Origin: an uncultured Prolixibacteraceae bacterium | GTDB lineage: Bacteria; Bacteroidota; Bacteroidia; Bacteroidales; FEN-979 | Length of the DNA: 64,000 nucleotides | Direction: 5' to 3' | Assembly: GCA_964455285.1 (NCBI GenBank) | Contig: CAYVVG010000012.1 | Location: 672 to 64,671, forward strand | Shown: positions 18,621 to 26,705 of the stretch, piece after piece | Numbering within the stretch: position 1 is the first letter of the stretch | Layout: each line of letters starts with the position of its first letter | The notes under the pieces: generated by a model | Told to the model about the DNA's origin: nothing | Database searches by the model: none | Seen by the model: the letters and a program-made list of their open reading frames with translations, nothing else | Made by a program: the position numbers and the translations under genes

Positions 18621-21600
18621 TAACGGCATCTTGGCCATTTTATCCACTTCCAGGCTGGGAAACCCGAATTCCTCCACAATTTTACCCCCCACGAGGTAGA
18701 TCCCGTCGCCCCGGAATGGATAAGCAGTCACCGTTTTCGGAAAGTGCACCGTATCGAAGAAACGCCCGTTCACATCGATGAAAGTCCCGAAGTGCATCCA
18801 CTCTTTCCTCACGGTACGCACATACTTGATCGTGACCAGCAAACCCAGCATGCGCACCTTCTTCCCGATGTGATCACTCATCTCATGGGCCAGAATATCG
18901 CCCCGGAACTTCGTTTCGAGAAGTTCAAAATAGGAATGGGTGACCGGGAAACCTAGCAGTTCGATCTCATCGTACACGTCGGCGAGAAGGTTTTGCTCCA
19001 GCACAGGCAGTTCGAACCTTTTGGCGGGGGGGGCGGGGAAAAGTGACGCGTGACGGGTGACGCTCGTCCGCTCGTCCGCTCGTCCGCTCGTCCGCTTGTC
19101 CGCTCGTCCGCTCGTCCGCTTGTCCGCTTGTCCGCTCGTCCGCTCGCCCGCTCGCCCGCTTGTCCGCTCGCCCGCCCCGACCAGCATATGCGCTTCCCAG
19201 AGCAGCACGGCCTTAGGTTTCCCGGTGAAACGGAACGCCCCGACCCTGATTAGAATGATCAGCTGATCCAGCGTAACGGGCACCCTGCTTACGAAATCCT
19301 CCAGGTCCTTATACAATTTTTCCTTCCTTCCATTCCGATCGTCGATCGTACATCGCAGATCGCAGATCGCCCTTCCCACCTCCGCTTCCAGGTTGTTCAC
19401 ATGGATAAACCCCAGGAAGATATCGGTTCCCCGGATGGAGGTCTTGTATTCGCTCCGGTTCACACAGGGTGCATGCAGCCGGCCCCCCGACACCCGGGCC
19501 TCGTTGAAGTACACCCAGGAAGCATAGAAGCCCCCGAAATTATTGATCACACCGGTGATGAACTCCAGGGGGAAATGGGCCTTGAGGTAGAGGCTCTGGT
19601 AGCTTTCGACGGCGTAGGAGGCGGAATGAGCCTTGGAGAAGGAGTATCCGGCGAACGATTCGATCTGCCTCCACACTTCGCGGGTCACCTCTTCGGGGTA
19701 GCCGAACTCGCGGCAGTTCGCGAAGAACTTGTCGATGATGCGCTGCAACTCTTTTTTCGAACGGTATTTACCGCTCATGGCCCGCCGGATCACGTCGGCA
19801 TCGGCCAGGTCGAGGCCGGCAAAGTGGTGGCAGATCTTCAGTACATCCTCCTGGTAAACCATCACCCCGAAGGTCTCCTTCAGTTGTTCCTCCATCACGG
19901 GGTGCAGATAGGTAAAGCGGCCGGGATTGTGGAACCGCAGGATATACTCCTTCATCATGCCCGAACGCGCCACCCCCGGCCGGATGATCGAACTGGCGGC
20001 CACCAGGGTGCGGTAGTTGTCGCACTGCAGCTTTTTCAGCAGGCCGCGCATGGCCGGGCTTTCGACATAAAAGCAGCCGATGGTGCGGGCGCTCCGCAAC
20101 TGTTCTTTAACCTGCTCATCCTCCTTGAACGCCCGCACACGGTGCACGTCGATCGCAATGCCCCGGTTTTTCCTGACCAGCTCGGCTGCTTCATAGATGT
20201 GTCCGATCCCCCGCTGACTGAGGATGTCGAGCTTCTCGAAGCCGATGTCCTCGGCAGTGTACATGTCGAACTGCGTGGTGGGGAATCCCTTGGGGGGCAG
20301 GTCCAGCGCCGTGTAGCAGGTGACGGGCTCTTCGGAGATCAGCACCCCGCCGGCATGGATGCTGCGCAGGTTGGGAAAGTCCGCCATCCTCTCCCCGAGT
20401 TCGCTGATCTTCCGGATGATGTGGTTCTTATGAATGGCCTCATCCGGCGACTTCAGGAAGGAATCGATCTCTCCCTTGGGGAGCCCGTGCACCTTCCCCA
20501 GCTCGCGGTAGATCGACTTGTCGCGGAAGGTCGACATGGCGCCGAGCAGGGCCGTATGCCGCCGCCCGTACCGTTTAAAGATGTAGTCGATCACCTCGTC
20601 GCGCTCTTTCCACGAATAGTCGATGTCGAAATCGGGCGGCGAAGTGCGTTTGGGGTTGATGAAACGCTCGAAGTAAAGGTCGAGCTCGATGGGATCCACA
20701 TCGGTGATCCTCAGGCAGTAGGCCACAATGCTGTTGGCCCCGCTTCCCCGGCCGACATGGTAGAATCCTCTCGACATCGAGTAGCGGATGATGTCCCACG
20801 TGATCAGGAAATAGGCGGCAAAACCCATCCGGTCGATGATATCGAGTTCGTGCCTGACCCGGCTGAGGGCCCCGGCATTCCCGTCGCCATAGCGGTAGAT
20901 CAGTCCGTCCATGGCCAGCTTGCCGAGCAGGACACGGTCGTCGTAAGGGTCACCGGTAAAGGTCTTCCGGTTCTTGCAGCTTTTAAAATCGAAACCGATG
21001 GAGCAGGCCTCCGCCAAACGTTCGGTATTCGACACGATCTCAGGAAATTCACGGGTGGCTCTCCGCCAGTCCTCCGCCGGGTGCATCACCTCGTCGGGCG
21101 AGGCCACCTGGCCGGGGATCAACCGGCTCAGCAACATGTTATGGGCCACCGCCCTGAAATTACGGTGAAGCTCGTAATCCTGCATGGTCCGGAAGGTGAC
21201 CGGCGCCATGATCACCATCCGGGGGATCAGGTCGCGATACCGGGAAAGAACCAGCGGCGTGAGTTCCGAGGGAAGGAGACCGATGAAGGATTGACGATTG
21301 ACGATTGACGATTGACGATTGACGGGTTTCGCCATTTCGCCATTTCGCCATTTCGCCATTTCGCCATTTCGCAACGGGTAGATAAAAAAAACATGCTCCA
21401 ATTCGGGAGCCCGGTCGGGCAGCGGGAGACCGTTCAGGTTGTGGTGGCTCAGAAATTCGTTCAACTCCCGGAAACCCTCGTTGTTTTGCGCCAGCCCGGT
21501 GTAAAGCAGCCTGTCCTCCTGCCTGAATTCAATCCCCGCGATAGGCCTGATGCCCTTCTCCATGCATACCGATACAAACTCCATCATCCCCGTAGAGTTA

Positions 21601-21716
21601 TTGATATCGGTCAGCGCCAGCACCTTCACCCCGCTCTTCACCGCCTCGTCGGCCAGCCCCTCCACCGAAAGGGTGCCGTAACGAAGGGAGTACCAGGAGT
21701 GACAGTTGAGATACAT
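18600..21716 (-). CDS. dnaE: DNA polymerase III alpha subunit, secondary/error-prone (DnaE2-like) type, with repeat-derived insertions
   Basis: PHP domain (CHSWYS, LTDIN), GRGSGANS, catalytic PDFDID, SFSKAHSASY, C-terminal OB region. Linked to dinB and a LexA-like gene. Confidence 0.92.
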   Translation of the reverse strand: MYLNCHSWYSLRYGTLSVEGLADEAVKSGVKVLALTDINNSTGMMEFVSVCMEKGIRPIAGIEFRQEDRLLYTGLAQNNEGFRELNEFLSHHNLNGLPLPDRAPELEHVFFIYPLRNGEMAKWRNGEMAKPVNRQSSIVNRQSFIGLLPSELTPLVLSRYRDLIPRMVIMAPVTFRTMQDYELHRNFRAVAHNMLLSRLIPGQVASPDEVMHPAEDWRRATREFPEIVSNTERLAEACSIGFDFKSCKNRKTFTGDPYDDRVLLGKLAMDGLIYRYGDGNAGALSRVRHELDIIDRMGFAAYFLITWDIIRYSMSRGFYHVGRGSGANSIVAYCLRITDVDPIELDLYFERFINPKRTSPPDFDIDYSWKERDEVIDYIFKRYGRRHTALLGAMSTFRDKSIYRELGKVHGLPKGEIDSFLKSPDEAIHKNHIIRKISELGERMADFPNLRSIHAGGVLISEEPVTCYTALDLPPKGFPTTQFDMYTAEDIGFEKLDILSQRGIGHIYEAAELVRKNRGIAIDVHRVRAFKEDEQVKEQLRSARTIGCFYVESPAMRGLLKKLQCDNYRTLVAASSIIRPGVARSGMMKEYILRFHNPGRFTYLHPVMEEQLKETFGVMVYQEDVLKICHHFAGLDLADADVIRRAMSGKYRSKKELQRIIDKFFANCREFGYPEEVTREVWRQIESFAGYSFSKAHSASYAVESYQSLYLKAHFPLEFITGVINNFGGFYASWVYFNEARVSGGRLHAPCVNRSEYKTSIRGTDIFLGFIHVNNLEAEVGRAICDLRCTIDDRNGRKEKLYKDLEDFVSRVPVTLDQLIILIRVGAFRFTGKPKAVLLWEAHMLVGAGERTSGRAGERTSGQADKRTSGRADKRTSGRADERTSVTRHASLFPAPPAKRFELPVLEQNLLADVYDEIELLGFPVTHSYFELLETKFRGDILAHEMSDHIGKKVRMLGLLVTIKYVRTVRKEWMHFGTFIDVNGRFFDTVHFPKTVTAYPFRGDGIYLVGGKIVEEFGFPSLEVDKMAKMPLKSDPRG
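19043..19173. repeat. In-frame tandem repeat in dnaE: about 3x GTGACG(C/G), then 14x octamer GCT(C/T)G(T/C)CC
   Basis: Counted directly; octamers span 19062-19173. They translate as (ERTSGRAD/ADKRTSGR)n. Confidence 0.95.
19336..19370. repeat. Degenerate 5x heptamer (CGATCGT/AGATCGC) inside dnaE
   Basis: cgatcgt cgatcgt acatcgc agatcgc agatcgc, read directly. Confidence 0.6.
21289..21374. repeat. In-frame compound repeat in dnaE: 5x GATTGAC plus 5x TTTCGCCA (and one variant)
   Basis: Perfect heptamers at 21289-21323 and perfect octamers at 21327-21366. They translate as RNGEMAKWRNGEMAKPVNRQSSIVNRQS. Confidence 0.95.
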
Positions 21717-21788
21717 GGCGAGGTAGCGAAATGGTGAAATAGCGAAATGGCGAAATGGCGAAATGGCGAAATAGCGAGGTAGTGAAAA
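21717..21788. repeat. 9x octamer (A/G)G(C/T)GA(A/G)(A/G)T abutting the dnaE start codon
   Basis: ggcgaggt agcgaaat ggtgaaat agcgaaat ggcgaaat x3 agcgaggt agtgaaaa. Confidence 0.92.
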
Positions 21789-21791
21789 TTA

Positions 21792-21831
21792 TGATTAGTT
21801 TTTAGTCATATTTCGGGTTATAATATAATCA
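21792..21831. promoter_or_regulatory. Tandem putative LexA-like operators upstream of dnaE (TGATTA-N5-TAGTCA; GGGTTA-N5-TAATCA)
   Basis: Same palindrome and same 23-bp offset as the pair upstream of dinB/lexA. Confidence 0.7.
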
Positions 21832-21883
21832 TTTTTCGGATGTAAAATTCCTGCTTATATAATTATATTTGCAGGAAATCGTC

Positions 21884-23380
21884 ATGGCTGGTCTTGTGAA
21901 ACTGTTCGAGCAAAAAACTCCCCGGATCTATTTCCTGGGCGCCGTCGTATTCCTGATGACTGCCTGGTTCTCGACGGGATACAACCACTTCGACGAGCAC
22001 TTCCAGGTGATCGAATTCGCGGGGCTGAAACTCGGTCTCACCGAAGCGGCGAACCTGCCCTGGGAGTACGGCTGCATGATGCGCCCGGCGATCCAGCCGC
22101 TGGCGGTGGTGGTGCTTTACCGGGCAGCCGGACTGGCCGGCATTTCCGACCCGTTTCTGATCGCTTTCATCATCCGGCTTTTCGCAGCCCTGCTTACCTT
22201 CTGGTCGATCCACCTGGTCATCCGGTTGTATTCGCCCGGCCTGCACAATCCCTGTCTTCGCCATGTGCTGCTGCTGCTCTCCTTTTTCCTCTGGTTCATC
22301 CCGTACAATGCCGCCCGTTTCGCCTCCGAGACGATGGCCGGCCGTATCTTCCTGGTCGGCATGGCCCTCCTGTTCCTCCGGCGGGAGCAGCGGGCGGGCG
22401 ACCATCTTCTCAACGGGCTGATCCTGGGACTCGCCTTCGTGTTCCGGTATCAGGCGGGATTCATGATCGCCGGCTATTTTGCCTGGATGGCCCTGGTGCG
22501 GCGAACGGGATTCCGGAATCTCGCTTCCTTTGCAGCCGGGATCCTGCTGTCGGTTGGCGCAGGGATCGTCATCGACCGTTGGTTTTACGGCCGGTGGGTG
22601 TTTACCTCCTGGAACTACTTCGCCCAGAACCTGGTGGAAGGCAAAGCGGCCACCTTTGGAACCAGTCCCTGGTGGTACTATATCGAACAAACCTTGGTCA
22701 ACGCCTTCCCGCCGCTGAGCCTGGTCCTGGTGGCTGCCGTGTTCCTGTACTTCATCCTGTTCCCGAAAGATATCATTACCTGGACCCTGGTGCCCTTCCT
22801 GGCGGTCCATTTTCTGATCCCGCACAAAGAGATCCGTTTCCTGTTCCCGGTTATCGGGTTTCTGCCGGTCATGATCGTCCGCACACTGGATCTCCTGGCC
22901 GAAAGATACCCTTCTGCCCGGCCGGAGCGACGGCCCTTCCGGGTGTCAGCGAAAATATTCTGGTTCCTCAACACGATCATGCTGGTGATCCTTGTCTTCC
23001 GGCCGGCCGACGACGGGATCGCCCTCTTTAAAACCCTGTGGGACCGTTATGACCGGCCGGCCCGGCTCTGTTACACCGGCGACAACCCTTATCACCGGGC
23101 AAAGGTTGACGTTCACTTTTACAAGCGGAAGAGCTTGGTGCTGCAGCAGGTGGATTCGGTGAACCGGATCCGGCCCGTGAGGGACACGGTAACGCTGGTG
23201 GTAACCTCCCGGCCCCTTGTCATGACCGGCACCTCCTCCGGGGCTGAGCTGGTTTATTCCACCTACCCGGCGTGGGTCCGGCGATTCAACATCAACCACT
23301 GGCTCGACCGCACCAGTTTCTGGCATGTTTACGAGATAAAACCCGTTACTCCTTCACCCGGCAGTCATGAAACGGAATGA
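21884..23380 (+). CDS. GT-C fold glycosyltransferase, Alg9/PIG-B (GT22)-like mannosyltransferase
   Basis: HFDEHFQVIE, LPWEYG, IPHKEIRFLFP motifs, more than 10 TM helices. ATG 21884 follows TATATTTG (21864-21871). Confidence 0.8.
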   Translation: MAGLVKLFEQKTPRIYFLGAVVFLMTAWFSTGYNHFDEHFQVIEFAGLKLGLTEAANLPWEYGCMMRPAIQPLAVVVLYRAAGLAGISDPFLIAFIIRLFAALLTFWSIHLVIRLYSPGLHNPCLRHVLLLLSFFLWFIPYNAARFASETMAGRIFLVGMALLFLRREQRAGDHLLNGLILGLAFVFRYQAGFMIAGYFAWMALVRRTGFRNLASFAAGILLSVGAGIVIDRWFYGRWVFTSWNYFAQNLVEGKAATFGTSPWWYYIEQTLVNAFPPLSLVLVAAVFLYFILFPKDIITWTLVPFLAVHFLIPHKEIRFLFPVIGFLPVMIVRTLDLLAERYPSARPERRPFRVSAKIFWFLNTIMLVILVFRPADDGIALFKTLWDRYDRPARLCYTGDNPYHRAKVDVHFYKRKSLVLQQVDSVNRIRPVRDTVTLVVTSRPLVMTGTSSGAELVYSTYPAWVRRFNINHWLDRTSFWHVYEIKPVTPSPGSHETE

Positions 23381-24551
23381 GTACTTCAACGGTTTCACCC
23401 TGTTCGTTGCGCTGGCATGCCTGCTCAACCTGGTGATGAACCTGATCAACCACCGCTTTCACCCGGGCGATTTCCAGGTATATTACAGCGCGGCGGAACA
23501 GCTTGTGTCGGGAGATCCTGTATATATGGTATCCTTTTACACCGGCAGCGGGTATTACAAATACAGTCCCGTCATCCTCCTGTTCTTTCTGCCTTATCTT
23601 CCCTTCCCGCTGTTCACTGCCTCCGTTCTCCATTTCCTGGTGCAGAGTGTTGCCTTCTATCTGACTTTCCGGGTGATCCGCCGGATCCTTCAGGACTTTT
23701 TCTCCTATCCCGCAGGGGGTCGGGGGAACCTGCTGCTGACACTTTCCTTCGCGGGCATCCTGATACACCTCACGCGGGAACTGTACGTGGGCAACATCAA
23801 CATCCTGCTGCTGCTTCTCACGTTGCTTTCACTGCAGATGTTCCTTGAGGGGAGAGAGAGGCCTGGCGGCATCCTTGCCGGCATTGCCCTCCTGGCCAAA
23901 CCCTACCTGGCGATCCTGCTGCTGCCTATGGTGATGCGGGGAAGGTGGAAAGCGACCGGATGGGCGGCTGCGACCGTCCTGGCCGGGTTGCTTCTGCCCT
24001 TCCTCTACCCGGGCCCTGTGAGGGCGGCCGAACTGTACTCGGGCTGGTACCGAACACTCACCATGCACGCAGGAGGATTCCCCGGCATGACCTCGGTCGA
24101 CTACCTGGCCGCGCGGTACATCGCCGGATGGCCCTCCTATGGCAATCTGCTGATATTCTTGCTGCTCATGGCGTTGGCCGTGGTTTTCATCCGCGGCAAC
24201 ATCCGGATTGAAAGAACGGACGTCAACCCGGACCGGGCCAACGCAAATGCCGCCTTCGAATGGTTTCTGCTGGCTGCACTGATCCCCAACCTGATCAAAA
24301 CCGACTGGGTATTGCTGTTGTTCAGCGCCCCGCTGATCGCCTTCATGGTGTTCACGGTCGCCGCCCGGAAAAGCTACGGCTGGATCCCGGTGCTGGTGGT
24401 CCTCCTCTTCTTTTATGGCGCCAATTCCGACGACCTTCTCGGGCGGGAGCTTTCGCGGAAGATCCTCCATTCGGGGCTGATGGGACTCGCCAATTTCCTC
24501 CTGGTGATCGTGGCGGCGGTCATGTACCGGACCGTCAGAATAAGATCGTAG
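23367..24551 (+). CDS. GT87/DUF2029 family membrane glycosyltransferase
   Basis: GDFQVYYSAA...L..G..VY, YKYSPV, GNINILL, ALLAKPY motifs; polytopic. Overlaps the upstream gene. Confidence 0.8.
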   Translation: MKRNEYFNGFTLFVALACLLNLVMNLINHRFHPGDFQVYYSAAEQLVSGDPVYMVSFYTGSGYYKYSPVILLFFLPYLPFPLFTASVLHFLVQSVAFYLTFRVIRRILQDFFSYPAGGRGNLLLTLSFAGILIHLTRELYVGNINILLLLLTLLSLQMFLEGRERPGGILAGIALLAKPYLAILLLPMVMRGRWKATGWAAATVLAGLLLPFLYPGPVRAAELYSGWYRTLTMHAGGFPGMTSVDYLAARYIAGWPSYGNLLIFLLLMALAVVFIRGNIRIERTDVNPDRANANAAFEWFLLAALIPNLIKTDWVLLLFSAPLIAFMVFTVAARKSYGWIPVLVVLLFFYGANSDDLLGRELSRKILHSGLMGLANFLLVIVAAVMYRTVRIRS

Positions 24552-24557
24552 TTGCCG

Positions 24558-24579
24558 CCCGTCACCCGTCACCCCTTCA
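24558..24579. repeat. Short GTGACGG-family repeat at the dinB stop codon
   Basis: cccgtca cccgtca ccccttca. The TGA of dinB lies inside the repeat. Confidence 0.6.
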
Positions 24580-25720
24580 CCCCCACCCCTCTCATCACCA
24601 CCTTCTGCCCGTACTTTCGCCGGATCCGGTCGAGGGCCTGGTAGAGGTTCACCATTCCGGCATTGTCGTCGAACAGGTTGAGTTGCGGGTTGCCGGAGAT
24701 GAGGTTGCTGAAGCGCACCCCGATGAGCCGGATCAGCATGCGCCGCTGGTAGAGCCGGTCGAAGAGGCTTTTCACCAGGGGGATGAGCTCATGGTCGAAG
24801 GCGGTATAGGGAACGCGCTGCTGCAGGGTGTGGGTGTCGAAGTTTGAGTAGCGGATCTTGACCGTGACGCAGGAGGTAAGTTTCTGTTTGTCGCGCAGTT
24901 CGAAAGATATCTTCTCAACCATCTTCACCAGGATCTCCTTCATCCGGACGATGTCGATGCTGTCCTGCTCGAAGGTATTTTCGGTACTGACCGATTTGGC
25001 TTCGTGCCAGGGGTAGACGGGGGTGGGGTCGATGCCGTTGGCCTTTTCCCAGATCACGATGCCGTTTTTCCCCATCACCCGTTCCATCATGTCGGGCGGG
25101 ATGCGGCGGAGGGTGTCGATGGTCACCACCCCCATCGAGCGCAGGAGCCGGTAGGTCTTCTCCCCGATCATGGGTATCTTGCGGATCGACAGGGGGGCCA
25201 GGAAGGGATCCACCGCCCCGCGCTCCACGTACAGTTCACCGTTGGGCTTGGCTTCGCCCGTGGCGATCTTCGACACCGTTTTATTCACGGAGAGTCCGAA
25301 AGAGATGGGCAACCCGGTGTTGCGGATGATCGCCTCCCGCAGTTCATGGGTCCATTGCCGGATCCCGAAGAAGCGGTCCATGCCGGTGATGTCGATATAG
25401 TGCTCGTCGATGGAGGCTTTCTCATAGAGAGGCGCCTTTTCGGCGATGATCTCCGTAACGGTGTCGGAGTATTTCGAGTAGAGCTCCATGTCGCCCCGCA
25501 CCAGGATGGCGTCGCCGCAGAGGGCGCGTGCCATCTTCACCGGCATGGCCGAGTGGACGCCGAACTTCCGCGCCTCGTAGCTGCAGCTGGCCACCACTCC
25601 CCGGTCGGAGGTGCCGCCGATGATCACCGGCTTGCCGACCAGTTCGGGGCGGAGCAGGCGTTCGACCGAAACGAAGAAGGTGTCGAGGTCGAGGTGAACG
25701 ATATTTCGGGAGGAGGACAC
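24569..25720 (-). CDS. dinB: DNA polymerase IV (Y family)
   Basis: HLDLDTFFVSVE, SCSYEARKFGV, SIDEHYID, SVNKTVSKIA, KIRYSNF. GTG start. Confidence 0.95.
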   Translation of the reverse strand: MSSSRNIVHLDLDTFFVSVERLLRPELVGKPVIIGGTSDRGVVASCSYEARKFGVHSAMPVKMARALCGDAILVRGDMELYSKYSDTVTEIIAEKAPLYEKASIDEHYIDITGMDRFFGIRQWTHELREAIIRNTGLPISFGLSVNKTVSKIATGEAKPNGELYVERGAVDPFLAPLSIRKIPMIGEKTYRLLRSMGVVTIDTLRRIPPDMMERVMGKNGIVIWEKANGIDPTPVYPWHEAKSVSTENTFEQDSIDIVRMKEILVKMVEKISFELRDKQKLTSCVTVKIRYSNFDTHTLQQRVPYTAFDHELIPLVKSLFDRLYQRRMLIRLIGVRFSNLISGNPQLNLFDDNAGMVNLYQALDRIRRKYGQKVVMRGVGVKG

Positions 25721-25752
25721 AAATAGTGAAATAGCGAAATAGTGAAATGGTG
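25721..25752. repeat. 4x octamer AAAT(A/G)G(T/C)G abutting the dinB start codon
   Basis: aaatagtg aaatagcg aaatagtg aaatggtg. Same family and same position as the tract before dnaE. Confidence 0.85.
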
Positions 25753-25756
25753 AATT

Positions 25757-25796
25757 TGATTATTTTTTAATCATTTTGCCGATTACAATATAATCA
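25757..25796. promoter_or_regulatory. Tandem putative LexA-like operators between divergent dinB and lexA-like genes (TGATTA-N5-TAATCA; CGATTA-N5-TAATCA)
   Basis: Perfect palindrome at 25757-25773 and a 1-mismatch copy at 25780-25796, directly upstream of TATATTTG (25798-25805). Confidence 0.8.
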
Positions 25797-25829
25797 TTAT
25801 ATTTGCAACAACCCATTTATTTTTTCGCC

Positions 25830-26633
25830 ATGTTTTTCAGCAGCAACATCAAATTTCTGCGGAAGCGCCGGGGGCGCACGCAGGACGACGTGGCCGCGGC
25901 CCTCGGGATGAAGCGGTCCACGCTGAGCGGGTATGAGAACAACATCGCCCAGCCTGGGTTCGGGGCGCTGGTCGCCTTCTCGAACTATTTCAACACCGCC
26001 ATCGACACCCTGATCCGGGTCGACCTGGCTTCCATCGCCGAGAGCCAGGTGCGCCAGCTGGAGAGGGGTTATGACGTATTTCTCAGGGGGTCGAACCTGC
26101 GCATCCTGACCACCACCGTTGGCCCCGACAACGAAGACAACATCGAGCTGGTTTCGGAGAAGGCCAAGGCCGGGTACACCAGCGGGTTTGCCGACCCGGA
26201 ATACATCAGCATCCTGCCCACCTTCCGCCTGCCCTTCCTATCGAAACAGAAAAAGTACCGCACCTTCCAGGTCAGCGGCGACTCCATGCTGCCCATCCCC
26301 CACGGCGCCTGGGTCACCGGGGTCTTTGTTCAGGACTGGAACACGATCCGCAACCGCGACGCCTACATCATCCTGACCATGGATGAGGGAGTCGTATTTA
26401 AAGTGGTGGAGAACCGGATCACGGCGGAGGGGAAACTGGTGCTCCACTCGCTGAACCCGGTGTATGAGCCGTATGACATCCGCACAACCGACATCCGCGA
26501 GATCTGGCAGTTCGTTCACTTTATAAGCCCGAAGCTGCCCGAGAACCCCGGCTCGGAAAATTACCACCTGGTGGAAACGGTCCGGCAGTTGCGCGACGAC
26601 ATCCGCGTGATCCAGACAAAACTGAACATCTGA
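25830..26633 (+). CDS. LexA-like repressor: XRE-type HTH plus S24 autopeptidase
   Basis: NIKFLRKRRGRTQDDVA HTH, Ala-Gly site KAKAGY, Ser nucleophile GDSMLP, Lys in VVFKVV. Divergent from dinB. Confidence 0.88.
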   Translation: MFFSSNIKFLRKRRGRTQDDVAAALGMKRSTLSGYENNIAQPGFGALVAFSNYFNTAIDTLIRVDLASIAESQVRQLERGYDVFLRGSNLRILTTTVGPDNEDNIELVSEKAKAGYTSGFADPEYISILPTFRLPFLSKQKKYRTFQVSGDSMLPIPHGAWVTGVFVQDWNTIRNRDAYIILTMDEGVVFKVVENRITAEGKLVLHSLNPVYEPYDIRTTDIREIWQFVHFISPKLPENPGSENYHLVETVRQLRDDIRVIQTKLNI

Positions 26634-26705
26634 GCAGCACAGCCCGGGCAGGATGAAATATTTTCCTACTTTTGTTGTTGATATACCAACAAAAACTGCC
26701 AGATC

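Noticed and set aside
19401-21308. 635-aa plus-strand ORF
   Set aside because: Antisense to dnaE with no motifs. Stop-free antisense frames are expected in high-GC genes.
18600-21716. dnaE as a pseudogene or intein-containing gene
   Set aside because: The frame is intact, with catalytic PDFDID retained. The insertions are short repeat-derived and lack intein Cys/Ser...His-Asn ends.
18600-26633. Mobile element or prophage origin for the mutagenesis locus
   Set aside because: No integrase, transposase, att-like repeats or evident GC shift; the flanks are chromosomal genes.
26670-26694. Inverted repeat TTTTGTTG...CAACAAAA before ugd
   Set aside because: 8-bp AT-rich stem overlapping the -7 box, single occurrence, and not a JUMPstart/ops match.
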